The notes beneath the pieces are model-generated. The model was not told the origin of the DNA. It saw only the letters and a list, made by a program, of their open reading frames with translations, and made no database searches. From Felis catus (Eukaryota), in contig NC_058375.1 of the NCBI RefSeq assembly GCF_018350175.1, forward strand, positions 123,628,001-123,692,000: a stretch of 64,000 nt of DNA, written 5' to 3'. Below, piece after piece: positions 1-13,291 of the stretch (the stretch's first letter is position 1; every line of letters starts with the position of its first letter). A program made the translations under genes and the position numbers.

Positions 1-999
1 CAGAACTTGCTTTTCAATTTATTTGTGATAGATCAAAAACTGGTTGATGAAAGATGGCTCTAATTACAATAAGCTGAAAGCAGTGCTTCTCTCCTTAACA
101 ATACAGAGGAGAAAAAGTAATTCACTAACACAGTGAAAGGGGACACATAATTATAAATCAAGATTAATGTGCCTGGGAATATTCTTTCCACGCATTTGTA
201 TGCCCTTGCTAAAATGCATATTGCATAACAACCTTAGTAAAAAAATTCCTAAGCCTGTGCAAACTTGTGGGAGAAGTGTAGTCATGCATAATCTCATACT
301 AAAACCTGCCAAGGCAGTGCATACTATGGAATTTATAATTTCAGCTTCCATTCCACACAGTAGCTCAAAGCTGGAAACATATGTGCTCGTGAATCTTTGT
401 CAAGTTAATCACTTTTTCCTGCTGCACCAAAAGTTTAAAATAGCCTTCCTAACAACCTGTCACTAGAGTAATCTGCTTACTAATCATGTGATAAATCACA
501 CACAAGGTAAGTTAATGTTGTTCTGTAAGTAAATGTTGCTCTGTTAATTTCAGTCATTTTTTCCAGAACTCTGCTCTTCAGCAGCCTTTGGGGGATGACT
601 GGCTTCCTTACCCAGAACCAAGCCAGACAACTACACACTGTAACACTGTAAAACAAAAATAAACAGGAAAGTACATGTAGACAGTTACTCCTTCTCCCTC
701 TGAAATGGTTCCTTGTTCTCTGGCTGAAACCATAGTCCACTCTTCCCACCTTAAGAAAATCTTCCCTTGATTCTGCCACCTCTTGAAAGTTGCCTTTGAC
801 CTTCCAGGGGTCTTTATTTTTTCTCTAACTTCCATCCTCATTAGTCGCTAAAAACACTCAGACTCTTTCTATTGAAAGATAACATACAGAACAACTCAAA
901 CATAATAGGCTGCCTTAACAGGAAATCTTGATTTCCCACCTCAAATCTAAACCTTCCCTCCTTTAAAGACATCCCAGTTGGTAATAACAAAAGCTTTTA

Positions 1000-1190
1000 T
1001 TGAACAATTATTTAGATATTGTGCTAAGTTCTTTATATGTATTAACTCTATTTCACATCTTAATAACCTGTTAAAACACAATCTATTATTATTATGCACA
1101 ATTTTATAAATATGAAAACTGAGTCCAGAGTTATATAATTTGCTCAAAGAAAAACACTGGTCAGTGGCAGGCATACATGGACACGTGTGT
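1000..1190 (-). mobile_element. MIR
   Basis: attttataaatatgaaaactgag..taatttgctcaaag core. Confidence 0.65.
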
Positions 1191-2797
1191 ATCCCTGTAT
1201 GTGAATGATATTCCATCCATCCAGTTACCCAAGCCAGAAACCCAGCGATCAGTATTAATTTCTCTCTTTTCTTTTTTCTCCACATTCTTACCATCTTGGA
1301 CCAGGTTACCACCATTTCTCACCTGAACCAGCCTTCCAACTATTTCTGTTCAAGTTCCCTATAGACTATTGTCCATAGAGCCAACATGTGAATTTGATAA
1401 ATCCACAATCATAATGAGAGATTTTTAACAAATTTATTTCAAAAATTGATTCCATGCAGTCAGGATAGTCATATGGCTAAAAATGTATCTTTATTGTGTA
1501 GGTAATACCAAACCAACCAACCAAATCTGAAGGATGTACTTGGCAACGGCACTCTCATGTCCCATGCCTGTCTTGGGCATTAACTTTATGCTGGTTGGTA
1601 TGCTCTCGAATTTATATCCCTTGCCCTGGCTTCTCTCCTGAACTCCACTGCTGTGTTTATAGTTGTGTATAGGACATTTCACCTTACATTTTCAGAACAC
1701 CAAATTTAACACGGGTAAAACTAAATCCATCATCCCACTTCCCACCCTCTAGAATCTGCTGTTGTTAATCCTCTGCCTGACCTTCTCACGTGAAACACCC
1801 ATCCTTAAGAAGTCAGATACTTTCAGGCAGGGACTACATCTCTTTCATAGGAATGACTTTTGGTTCAAGCACAGAGCTCGACATGTAATACGTATGCAGT
1901 AAATATTTTCTGAATCACTGGAAGATTCCATCATCCTCTTACTAATTCTGTATCCTTTTCTATTTTGTTATACCTCTGTAATTTGCTCTGAAATACATTC
2001 TCTTTTTATTTTTGTTGTGACTAGTCCTCTTGACCACTCACCTGCAGAGGCAACAAGACAGTCTGAAACTCCAACAGTTAAATTATAATGAATCCCATAA
2101 TATTTTATTATGTATTTAACAAAAGCCATGTTAAAGGCAAAATGTTTCCTAGTCAGCAGGAAGAATGAGACCTGACTGCAAGGTTCTTAAAGCTGTTAAC
2201 ATACTTGAGAAAGAATGTGTTGATCAGAAGGGGAGCTGGTGTAAGGAAAACACTGGGAGAGCTAATAATGCCAGCAGAGCCCAGTCATGCTGTGTGCAGG
2301 ATGCTTCCCCATCCAAAGGGCTCAGCTTTCTCTGGTCGTGGATGTAGCCTAGTTATTTGCAATTGCTGTGGCTGTTGTTGTTGGATTTAACTTTTCTATA
2401 GCTAAATGCAACCAACCTCTAAATTTCTAAGCATCTGACAACTATTCCTTCAGTTACCCAAGCTCAGAATGTAAAACTTACCACTGACTCTTGTTTCCCT
2501 GTATTCTTCATATCGACTCGATTGATCCTTTTTGATTCTTAAGCTTTCCTCTTCTCTCTCTATTTTTAGTCTTGCCTCCTCCCTGCCAGCCATAATTTAC
2601 CAGGTGCTTGCTAAAACACACCCAGATTAGCCCTTCAATTAGATCTCTTTGCCTCTTTCCACCCCTCCTGAGAATCCTGCCCATGGCACCAGATTCCTCA
2701 GTTTGGTGTTGCCTTTCCTTATGTAATAATGACATGAGACCCAGACACATACAGATTCCCAGGCCTTTCTCTCCTGGTATTTAAAGCAGGCACCACT

Positions 2798-3025
2798 GGG
2801 GCACCTGGATGGCTCAGATGGTTAAGTGTAGGATTTCTGCTCAGGTCATGATTTCACAGTTCGTGGGTTCAAGCCCCACATCGGGCTCTGTGCTGATAGC
2901 ACAGACCCTGGAGCCTGCTTTGGATTCTGTGTCTCCCTCTCTCTCTGCCCCTCCCCTGCTCATGCCCTGTCTGTCTCTCAAAAATGAATAAACATTAACA
3001 AAAAAAATAATAAAAAGAAAAAAAA
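2798..3025 (+). mobile_element. Can-SINE (tRNA-derived carnivore SINE)
   Basis: GGGGCACCTGG head, A/B boxes, (CT)n, A tail; TSD aaagcaggcacca. Confidence 0.95.
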
Positions 3026-3299
3026 AAAGCAGGCACCATTTTCATGAGCAAAACCAGGGCTTGCCCTATTGCTGACATCACTGAAGCCCACCACTGTGTT
3101 TTTCACTCAGGTGGAGTTCTCTACCCTTCCCTGAACAGATTATGCTCATACTTGCCCCCCAGCCTTTGCACACAGAGTGGCCAGATGAGAGCCGTTCTCC
3201 AAAGTCTCATTTCCTTCTTGAAACCTTTGCTGATTTTACCTGTCTTACACTGATTTCCTTCCTCCTCTGGCCTTCTTTAGGCCCTAGGGCATTTGGATG

Positions 3300-3457
3300 A
3301 GGTGATTTACCATGAAGCTAACTAAAGCTTATAATTGAGGGCCCCCTACTTGGACAGCGCCCTCCAAGACTGTGCACCTAATTTTTATTTATAATTTTGT
3401 ATTTTTCTCTTAAAGAAGATCCTTCAAGTTGGGGAAAGTCATCTGGATCTACCCCTG
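3300..3457. mobile_element. hAT-Tip100-like (ORSL-like) fragment
   Basis: gatttaccatgaagctaactaaagctt..agggcccc..ctggatctacccctg. Confidence 0.55.
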
Positions 3458-3490
3458 CATTTAATTATATTCTTTCCTTGAAATATTTTC

Positions 3491-3533
3491 TTTTTTTTAA
3501 AGTTTATTTATTTATTTGGAGGGTGGAGGGGCA

Positions 3534-3588
<55 letters not shown>

Positions 3589-3712
3589 CTCAAACAAGTT
3601 CCTCGCTTAAGCATGGAGCCCGATGGGGGGTTCAAATCCACAAACCATGAGATCATGATATGAGCTGAAATCAAGAGTGGGATGTTTAACTGACTGAGCC
3701 ACCCAGGCACCC
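3491..3712 (-). mobile_element. Can-SINE with expanded (GA)n microsatellite
   Basis: Reverse SINE; TSD ttccttg(a/g)aat(a/g)ttttc. Confidence 0.93.
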
Positions 3713-4341
3713 TTCCTTGGAATGTTTTCTAATTTTTTAATATATGACAAACTTGATTTCTTAACTTAGCATAAGCTTCATGCCATGCAATGTTATTTAG
3801 TGTATACTGTGGTAGTTAAAACGGTCATTGGTGGAGTCCCACAGATCTCTATACAAAAATCACCTCTGCCACTTTCTAGCTGTGTAACAAGTTTTATTTC
3901 TTAACTTTATTTAGCCTAACTTTCATCTGTTAAGTGGTAATGATTATGGCAAGGGCCACTCTATGACTTTCCGAGGTCTAAGGCACTTTTGTCCTCATGG
4001 ACCCCTTACTCCATAAAAAAACAAAAACAAAAACAACACAAAACCTAAAAATTATATTTTATGACTGTGTGGTATGAAGACTAAAGTAACCCAGGGAGGA
4101 TTTTATTATTTTGGATTATTATAAAGGATTTTTTTTTGAGGAATAGATGAGATAATGCATATAAAGAATTTAGCACTTTGCCTGGCGCAAATTTGGCATC
4201 CAGTAAATGTTAGGTATTATCACTAGGCAAAGTGCTTAACTCGATATATGGCATGTAGTAATTGTTCAAAATATGGTGAGTAGTCAAACAAAATAAAACA
4301 AAACCCCAGGATATGGTCGGTATTCTTACTAACTGTATTTT

Positions 4342-4557
4342 ATTTATTTTTAAAAAATTTTTTAAATATTTATTCATTTTTGAGACAGAGTGCGAGTGGG
4401 GAAAGGGCAGAGAGACAGAAGGAGACACAGAATCCAAAGCAGGCTCCAGACTCTGAGCTGGCAGTGTGGAGCCTGACACAGGGCTCAAACCCATGAACCA
4501 TGAATCTTGACCTGAGCTGAAGTCAGATGCTTAACCAACTGAACCATGCAGGCACCC
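4342..4557 (-). mobile_element. Can-SINE
   Basis: Reverse consensus match; TSD taact(g/a)tatttt. Confidence 0.93.
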
Positions 4558-4669
4558 TGTAACTATATTTTAAAGATTTATTTTGCTTATTTTTCTTATG
4601 TCTGGCAAGTTTTCTTTGTTATTTGCCTAAAATTATTTGCGATTACTTCTTTGTTTTAAAGAAAAGACA

Positions 4670-6490
4670 AATTGAAGGACATTCTTCAAAACAACTGGGT
4701 CAGTCTCTTCATAAGTGTTAATGTCATGAAAAACAAAGAAAGATTGAGAACAACTAATGATAATTTTCTGATACTGATAATCAAATATTTATTAGTGTGA
4801 AGTTCTGTTAAAATAATTAGTCACTAAATAAATACAGATAATGTAGGAGCACTGTGATCCATTGCAAATAGCATATAAATTGATATGACTTCTCTGAAGG
4901 GTAATTTGGAAATACCCTTCAAAAGCAGAAATGCATGTTTGACCTTTGACCTAGAAATTCCACTTCTAAGTAATTATCCTACATAGATGATTCCATATGT
5001 GTGAAATGATTCAAATAAAATGGTATATTCATTGCAGGTATTCATTGTAGGAGGAAAATCTGAAAATGGCACACATGCCTATCAGTAATGGAATGCTTAA
5101 GTGAATTATGATAGACTCATTCCATAGAGTAAAATGAACGTAAAAGACTGTTCTAAATGTACTTTTTGAAAAGAGGTTCAAGAAAGGAAGTGGAGAGACT
5201 AAAGTTTAGAAAATTGGGCAGAATATGCCCCCTGCATGTGGGGAAAATGTGTGTGTATGCATGTATCTGCATTGATTTCATATGCATCTATATTTTGTGT
5301 ATATAATACATGTATTTGTATACTTCTATATGTTTATATACATATTTTAAAAGATGTTTATATATGCATATATTTATAAATGCATAGGGAAGCTCTGCAT
5401 TAATGCTTAAGAAAGTTGAGAAATTATTGGCTCCAGAGAGGGAACTGCATTGTCGGGAGACAGAATGAGATAACTTTTTTTTCTAACTTTTAATTAAAAA
5501 AATATTTTTTAATGTTTATTTTTGAAAGAGGAAGAGAGACAAAGCACTAGTGGGGAAGGGGCAGAGAGAGGGGGAGACAGAATCCTAAGCAGGCTCCAGG
5601 CTCTGCGCTGACAGCAGAGAGCCCAATGCGGGGCTCGAACTCATAAAAAAGGAAGTGAGATCATGACCTGAGCCGAAGTCTGTTGCTTAACCAACTGAGC
5701 CACCCAGGCACCCCATAGACCTCTTGATCTTGGTATGCCATTTTGTATTTTTTTGTGTGTTTTGTGCAATATTCAGGCATTACTTATCCAAAAAAATCAA
5801 AGAATAAAGACAATTTAGAGTGTTGGAGAGCCAATCTGAAATCAGTTGAAAGGAGTGAACATTTGTTAATAACATGAGTGCAAGCAGATGGAGAAGGATC
5901 TTGTACTGAACAACACTCCAAATATAGAAATAGTGTACTTCCCCACCCCCCCAAAGTCAGAGGAACAATGGGGCAGGAAACCAGAGAAAGTCAGACAAAC
6001 ATGGCATGTTCAAAAATCTGTTCCCAGCTTAAAGGTTATCTTTGCATGGAGTGAAGATTATCAAATGACTCATTTCTTCTTTTTTGCAAAGCTTAAAGGG
6101 GCTAATTTTATTGGTATGTGAATTAAACCTCCATTAAAGTAAATTAACTTTGAAGAAGTTAATGGTGATAACACATTCATACCATGGAATACTACTCAGC
6201 AATAAAAAAAAGGAAGTAATGATACACATAAGAACTTGAATGAGTCATACAGACATGGTGCTCATTGAAAGAAGTCAGTCTCAAGAGGTTACATGCTGTA
6301 AGATTCCATTTATATGACATTATCAAAAGTACCACTATAGGCATGAGTGACTCTAAAGGGATAACAGGATGGAGTTTTAGGTGGTGATGGAATTGTTCTG
6401 TATTTGGGTCATGGTGGTAGGTGCAAATCTATACATGCCTTAAGATTCATAGAACTTTACGTAGAAAGAAAAACTTCAAAACTTTTACTG
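4670..6490 (+). mobile_element. Ancient L1M (L1MD/ME-like) 3' fragments, SINE-interrupted
   Basis: tttgacctagaaattccacttctaag; atggaatactactcagcaataaaaa; gattccatttatatgacatt. Confidence 0.7.
5480..5714 (-). mobile_element. Can-SINE
   Basis: Reverse consensus match ending cacccaggcacccc. Confidence 0.92.
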
Positions 6491-6497
6491 TATAATA

Positions 6498-6715
6498 TTT
6501 TTTAATTTTTTTCAACGTTTATTTATTTTTGGCACAGAGAGAGACAGAGCATGAACGGGGGAGGGGCAGAGAGAGAGGGAGACACAGAATCGGAAAGAGG
6601 CTCCAGGCTCTGAGCCATCAGCCCAGAGCCCGACGCGGGGCTCGAACTCACGGACCGCGAGATCCTGACCTGGCTGAAGTCGGACGCTTAACCGACTGTG
6701 CCACCCAGGCGCCCC
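6498..6715 (-). mobile_element. Young felid SINEC_Fc-type SINE
   Basis: CpG-rich near-consensus copy; TSD tgtataat(a/g)ttttt. Confidence 0.95.
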
Positions 6716-7372
6716 TGTATAATGTTTTTTAAATAGAGTTTTAAAATATTGGAAAACAAAAACACTCTAAAGTGCGGGGGCTCTTGAAAGAGCATAGTCC
6801 CAAAGTAGAGTTCTTAAATTTTGAATTTAAATTTTCCTTCTATACCAAAGGTCAATGAGGTTTTGCTGGCGGTTTGATTTTGTAGCCATTAATGTCCTGT
6901 TCTCTTTCTACAGGATAACCCTAACCCTCTCTATGACTCTCAACGAGTTAGGGACTATTTCAGCTCTATCTTTTCAGAAGCACAGTGACTGCAGACAGTA
7001 ATTGCACTCCTCTGTGAATGAGCCAGCCAAATAGATGCTGGTGGATGGTTACATCACACCTACGAACACCATTTTCACTGTCACCCAAGTTCACTGTCAC
7101 AGCACACCCTAGGTCCTTCTATGAGGATGACACAGCAATAGGAAAGAACGAGAGATTCTCAGAGTGTCAGATCTAGAAAAACAACTATAGCACAAGTTCC
7201 TTTCCCCAGAGAGCTTTCTAAGGAAAATCGAGTCAAACAAGCCTTCCTGAGGACAAAGTATGAATTAGCAGGAGGCATTTGTGTTCCTTGTGATAATACT
7301 AGATAAGTACGTATTGATAGGAACTATTACACATTCTCCCCACATCTCACTTAAGCAATCAAAAATTAACTT

Positions 7373-7465
7373 GGGGCACCTGGGTGGCTCAGTTGGTTGA
7401 GCATCTGACTCTTGATTTCAGCTTAGGTCATGATCCCAGGGTTGTGGGATCAAGTTCTGCACTAA
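7373..7465 (+). mobile_element. Can-SINE 5' part running into assembly gap
   Basis: GGGGCACCTGGGTGGCTCAG head followed by N-run. Confidence 0.88.
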
Positions 7466-7702
7466 NNNNNNNNNNNNNNNNNNNNNNNNNNNNNNNNNNN
7501 NNNNNNNNNNNNNNNNNNNNNNNNNNNNNNNNNNNNNNNNNNNNNNNNNNNNNNNNNNNNNNNNNNNNNNNNNNNNNNNNNNNNNNNNNNNNNNNNNNNN
7601 NNNNNNNNNNNNNNNNNNNNNNNNNNNNNNNNNNNNNNNNNNNNNNNNNNNNNNNNNNNNNNNNNNNNNNNNNNNNNNNNNNNNNNNNNNNNNNNNNNNN
7701 NN
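7466..7702. other. Assembly gap (N-run)
   Basis: 237 N. Confidence 1.
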
Positions 7703-7919
7703 ATCTTTTTGGAGATGTAGATAGAGCACAATACTTATCTATCATTCTTTTATTTCTCCTGTTGGTATTCCTTGAGAGACTACTTATTTCACACATTTAT
7801 CTCAGACTTCATCCCAAACAACCCTATAAAAAGCCACTTGTATTGAGAAAGGTGGTCTGGTGGGTTCCCTCCATGGGGGAAGAAATTATCATGAAGAGAA
7901 GGCTATAGGAAGAACTCCC

Positions 7920-8162
7920 TAGTTGAAAGGGAAGGCTCTGGAGTCAGAAGTCTTGAATTTGAATCCTAACTCTAAAATGTATCAACTGTGTGACCTCAAG
8001 TTAGTAGCTGGACTTCTGTGGCCTCAGTTTTCTCTCTGTTAGTTTTGGGTGCCAAGAGGAACTCCTTGAACTGTGAGAAGATTAAATGCAAAAACTGTAT
8101 GTAATGTAATGCACCTAGAACCAGGTCTGATGCTTAATGCATATTCAAGGAGTGTGAGCTAT
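7920..8162 (+). mobile_element. MIR
   Basis: ggctctggagtcaga..tttgaatcct..ctgtgtgacctcaag..cctcagttt. Confidence 0.75.
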
Positions 8163-9115
8163 TTTCATATGCTGTCATTTTCATGCGTGTGAATATGAAA
8201 GGGTGGGAGGGTCTAGGAAGGTGTTTAAATCGCTTTGGTGCTCAGTTCCTTTATTCTGCTTAGGGTGACCTTTAACATTCCCTGGGCAACTCTACCTGCT
8301 TCCTTGGTAGGCTGGTTCCCATTCCCTTATGCCCTTTGCTGATATACCAATCAATCAGGCAAACTAATCATCACAGAGATGTTAGTGACTTTGACTTCTT
8401 AGAAACTAATGATGTAAGAAGTGCACTTCAGGCTGGAGACAGATGGTTCCATTCAGGTAACATTTCTTTCCACACAGATCATCCCTGCAGCCTGGGCTGT
8501 GGCACCGACGTGAGTTAGCCACCTTATACTAGTGGCTGCTTGGGTATGTGGGTGAGGCTGTCCTATTCATGCTCCAGGGTCCTTGTGCACATTTATGACA
8601 CCGTATTTCTGCTTCCCTGCCTTTACTCTCCCTTCCCTTCCAGATCAGAATGGAATAGGGCTCATTAAAGATTTATAGGGTAATACCAATAAAGAACTTT
8701 AGGAGCTGGGCTTGGTCTGGAGAAGAACCATTAGTAAAAATCAACTCTGTGCTCTAGGAGCCTTTAGACAGCCACTGCTTCCATTGGTGTTTAATATTTA
8801 TCGCTTCCTCATAATCTTTCAGCTGCTCTTTTGTTGACTTTAGGAAGACTGGGAGGAAATCCTATGAATATTTATTTTCTGCCACATAGTATATTTAGTG
8901 TTTGGCTTGGAAGTTTAAGTTTTGTGTTCCTTACACAAATTATGAATAAAAAATAAAAATAATCATCACTGCTTTCAGGCCAAACATATGTTATCATGTA
9001 ACAATGTATTATGTACAAGAGCACAACATAACTTGCACAGGTTAGTCCTACAAGAATGTGACACAACACAATGATAACACAGTATTAAAGTGGAGCTATG
9101 AATGAAAAAAGAATT

Positions 9116-9300
9116 TGTAAGTGCCCAGAACCTGTGAATATACTATGGTACATGACAAAGAGGGATTAAGTTGGCAGATGGAATTAAGGTTGCCAATGAG
9201 CTGACTATAAGATATGAAGATGGTCCTGGGTTATCTGGGTGAGCCCAACATCTTCACAAAAATCCTTTCAAGTGGAAGAGGGAGGCAGAAGAGCGGTCAG
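9116..9300 (+). mobile_element. MLT1 (MaLR) LTR 5' fragment
   Basis: gaacctgtgaatat..gcagatggaattaaggttgccaat..ctgggttatctgggtgagccca. Confidence 0.75.
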
Positions 9301-9339
9301 GAAAAAAAAATTGATGCTGTGAATTGAAGAGTCCATCCT

Positions 9340-11230
9340 CTTCTCTGTACCTATCTCAAACTACTGTTCTATTTCGCTTTCCTTTTAAAGCTTAACTTCT
9401 TAAAAGGGTATTCTACATTCTCTTCCTGGGCCTTCCCACTTCTCATTCGTGACTTAATCTGTGATGCCTGACTATGCCTTCATGTTCTACTGAAATTGTG
9501 TCCTCCAGGTCACCAGTGACCTCCCAGTAGTGAAATCCAGTGACCGTTTTTCAGCTTGTCTCTTATAGACCCCTAAAAACTCCATTGTCCTGAGATACTC
9601 ACATCCACATTTGACTTCTGTGTCCCTGCATTCTACTGCTTCTCCTTGTGCCCCCACCCCAGCTGTTCCTTCCCAGTCTCTTTGAGGCCAACATTTTCTC
9701 TGGCTGTCCCCTAAATTACATTTATTATGGTAGACCCTCTTCTTCTTCTACATACTCTTTTGAAAATCATCTACATCTGAAACCTCAATGAGAAAGCATA
9801 CACTGATGACTCCCAAATGTATGCCTCCTGCACAAACTTTGAGCTTTAGAGCTTCATATCCATTTTGCCCTCTGGAAACTGCATGGGTGATGGAGTGGGG
9901 GGCGGGGGGGGGGAGGTGTTTCCCCATCACCTTTAACTTAGGCTCTGATACTCTGATTTGAGTGAAAGTAGTTTATTTTGGAGGGAGACCCCAGGAAGCA
10001 TTCTAAGGGAATGGGAAGTAAGACAGAGAAAGGGGGAAAGTCAACAGGCAATGTGTTAACAAGCAGATTATCCCTACTGTCCAATGGGACTCAGTCTCCC
10101 TGGGGACCCTCAGAGACAATGGGTGGAAGACACCTTAGAACTGATGCATAGAGGGACATGAAAGCTGAGGTATTCATTCATCAGTTCCTATCCCTCACCT
10201 TTGATGGTCACTCCTGGGACATTAACTCCCTGGAATTTCACATCTGACTGCATATGCCCTGCAGCCAACCTTACTCTAGTGGCCACAGAATGACCTCAGT
10301 CAGAAACATGCAGAAGCTGTATTCACATGTAGGAAGTGTCTGCAGACAATTTCAGTAGAAGGCCAAAGGAATACGAGTGGGTCAGCAAATCACCACACCC
10401 CAAACTGGATTCAAGGGCTTAACTTCCAAACCTGCTCTTCCTCCTGGGTTTCTTGTTTCAGTAAATGATCTCACTATCAATCCATTGTCCAAGCCAGAGA
10501 CCTGAGCAATCTCAGTGTCACACTAAATTCCTTTCTTTCCTATTTCATCCATGTCACATCTGTCACCAAGTCCTGTCAATTCTACCTTCTAAACTTTTCT
10601 CATATCTGCCCATCTGTGCCTTCTACAGCCAATAGTGACCATAATCTCTTATCCAGATACCTACATAACCCCTGTCCTAGTCTTTCCATCTTTTATCTCC
10701 AGACTTTGTCTCTCCCAATCTCTATTCAACATAGCAATCAGAGTGGCCTCTAGAAACAAATCCAGTCATGCCACTTCCCTCCTAAAGACTATTCAGCTAG
10801 TATTTCCATGGAAATAGAGGCCACACTTTCTAACACATTTTGCTAGATTGTCCATGACTTTCGATTTGTTTACCACTTTAGATCTCTCTTCGTTATCTGT
10901 GCAATTACTTTCTACTCTCAGTCCTTCAAATATGTCACGTTCTCTCCAACGTCAGCACCTTTGCTTGTTCTGTCTTTCTCTACTTAAGACTGACTGTCTC
11001 TGAGGTCTCAATTACAAATTACTTCTTTCAGGAAGTCTTCCCTGATCTCCCCTGCCTTGAGATTTCCATACTACCCTGTGTGTTCTCATCATGACATTTC
11101 TCACACTAAATTGTAGGCTGTTTACCCATAATAGACCCACCTCCCTTCCCCAATATTGAGAACTCTATTAGATGAGGGGCTATGTTAGTCTATTGTTCTA
11201 TTATTGGTGCATAGTAGGAATAATACATAT
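9340..11230 (+). mobile_element. L2 fragments interrupted by an LTR16-like element
   Basis: ctgatgactcccaaatgtat; caccaagtcctgtcaattctaccttctaaa; L2-type 3' end. Confidence 0.7.
9945..10395 (-). mobile_element. LTR16-like ERVL LTR
   Basis: tagtttattttggagggagaccccaggaagca..gggaagtaagacag; resembles recalled LTR16/LTR33 consensus. Confidence 0.65.
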
Positions 11231-11974
11231 CTGTCAGAAACAGGTCTCTCCTTCCTATGGCACAAGCAATAAATATGTAAATTTGGTTGGCTGTTGACTC
11301 TTTTCCAAATACCTGAAATCTGAGAGGCCAAACTAGTTTCTATATTTGAATAGCACATAGCAAAGAAAGGCCTCTCTTTGAAGTCAGTGGGCCAGGAGAA
11401 ACTGTAAGATTAATAGACCTACCTCCCACCTGCTGCTGGAGGAATTTATCATAACTCTGAAGAGTATCCAAGAAGATATGTTTCCCGGAAAAATCAAACC
11501 AATGATCTTTCCAGAGCCACTACTTTTAGTAACCCAGTACAATCGGTCTATTCATCTTTCTGGTAATGATTTTTTTCTCCTCAAAGCTCTCAATTCATTT
11601 TCCATTGCTGACATGTAATCCAGAAATAATAGAGGTCGGTTTAGTATAACTCATATCCAAAAAGGGAAAGTGCCAACACCCTGAAAGAAAAGCTCTGAAT
11701 TAAATATTCCCGCAAATAATTCTCAGCAATTCAGGGGATACAAAAAGGCCTATTCAGTTGTAGAGGATATTTCTTTTTGTTGTTTATTATAAATATGGTT
11801 TTCCAGTAGAAAAAAATTATGTTTGAAAATACCGCGTTGGCACAGTCTTTGTAATTACATCCCAGGATTCAAATGTGAACATTTTTTTCTAGTTCTGTTT
11901 TCTCATAAAGTTCTATTCAGAGGTTCTAAAATTTGAAACAATCTTTAAAAGCTGTAAATGTTGGCATGTGCAGT

Positions 11975-12075
11975 CAAAGCCAATGAACAGAAACCCAGTG
12001 AGCATATAACATTAGCAAGAAATAAACCTTTGTTGTTTTAGCTACTAGGATTTGGGGTTCTTTGTTTCTATAGAA
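11975..12075 (+). mobile_element. MLT1 LTR 3' end fragment
   Basis: agcaagaaataaacctttgttgttttagctactaggatttggggttctttgtt. Confidence 0.7.
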
Positions 12076-13236
12076 GGAGTGATAATTTCCTGTCAACTCT
12101 CTCAGTTCAAAAGCAGTTGAGAAGTGGAAAGAAGAATCAGACAATTGGAGAACAAAATACTCAATCCTATTACTCAGATGGCCAGTTTGAAGAATAGACA
12201 TAGAAAGCAGCCACAATCGGGTTCTTTAGTAACTTCTTCACTGCATTCACCTGACCTATCCCAAACTTCAAGTCTGCCGGTTACAAGGCCAGATCCTGAT
12301 GTAGAAAGCTCACCTCGTGGAGAAACAGAACGAGAAATTCTCAGTGAGAGGTAGGGCAGAGAAAGAGAACAGTAAAGCACAGGGGCTGCACTGAGCACAT
12401 GTTCAGTTCCTTTTCCACATTCACCACAGAGATAACGCACACCTCCAAGGGAGCATTCCCACACATGCCCATCCTGAGAGGAGGAACTTGTTCACCAGGA
12501 TGGAAAAACTCACAATTGAAATAATGGAATATTGATCCAATTAAGCCCAAGAGCAAAAGCTAAAAGAACTTACAGGGTCTTCCTCTACCTGAAATCAGTT
12601 TTTAAAAATGCCCAGCTTTGTAGATACTAAGTTCATGCAATGTGACCTCTGTCCTGGGACAGAGAGAGTGCACGGCCATCTATCTCCAGAGAAAGCAGGA
12701 TCCTGTACTGTTTCTGGAATTGTGAGATGCTGAGTCAAATAAAACCATACCTGGGTGATAAATAGACTCATCTGAGCTCTAAGACCAGATCTGAAGGAGA
12801 AAAAGTCCTAACGGACAATCTGGATGGAGGAATGTGAGAGACTGTCCTATTATTTTGACTTAATAAAGACAGAAAGCTATGGGCCTGATTACAGGCATAT
12901 CAGCCTCGAGGATTATAGTCACTGATGATAGAACCATATACTTGATTGCATTTGCCTTCCTCAATGGCTGCTTTCCTCATTTACCAAATGAATGATGTTT
13001 AAACCTGGGATTTTATTGTAGGTTTCACTACAGGAGTAGTATGGAATTTGCCTTAGTTCATTGCTGAGGAAATGGCTGACATGGAAGCTAGGGGAGAAGA
13101 AGGAATGATGTAGTGACCCCTTGGAAAAAACAACCAACTAATCCTATGATTGTCATGTGAGATTTATCAACTGAGTAATAAACATGTGTTTGACTTCCAA
13201 AACAACAAATGATTTTGGCCTCTGCCAAGTTGTAAA

Positions 13237-13239
13237 ACA

Positions 13240-13288
<49 letters not shown>
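13237..13288. repeat. (CA)n microsatellite
   Basis: ~25 units, one interruption. Confidence 0.97.

Positions 13289-13291
<3 letters not shown>

Noticed and set aside
2798-2880. tRNA-like A/B boxes as tRNA genes
   Set aside because: They are SINE heads followed by CT tract, A tail and TSDs.
6529-6732. Recurrent MAQ../RETEHERGRGRERG ORFs (also 14910, 26650, 43874, 45067, 62690)
   Set aside because: Translations of Can-SINE copies, not a gene family.
7384-7908. Long ORFs containing X runs (also ~17.8-18.8 kb and 25.3-25.8 kb)
   Set aside because: Artefacts of N-gaps.
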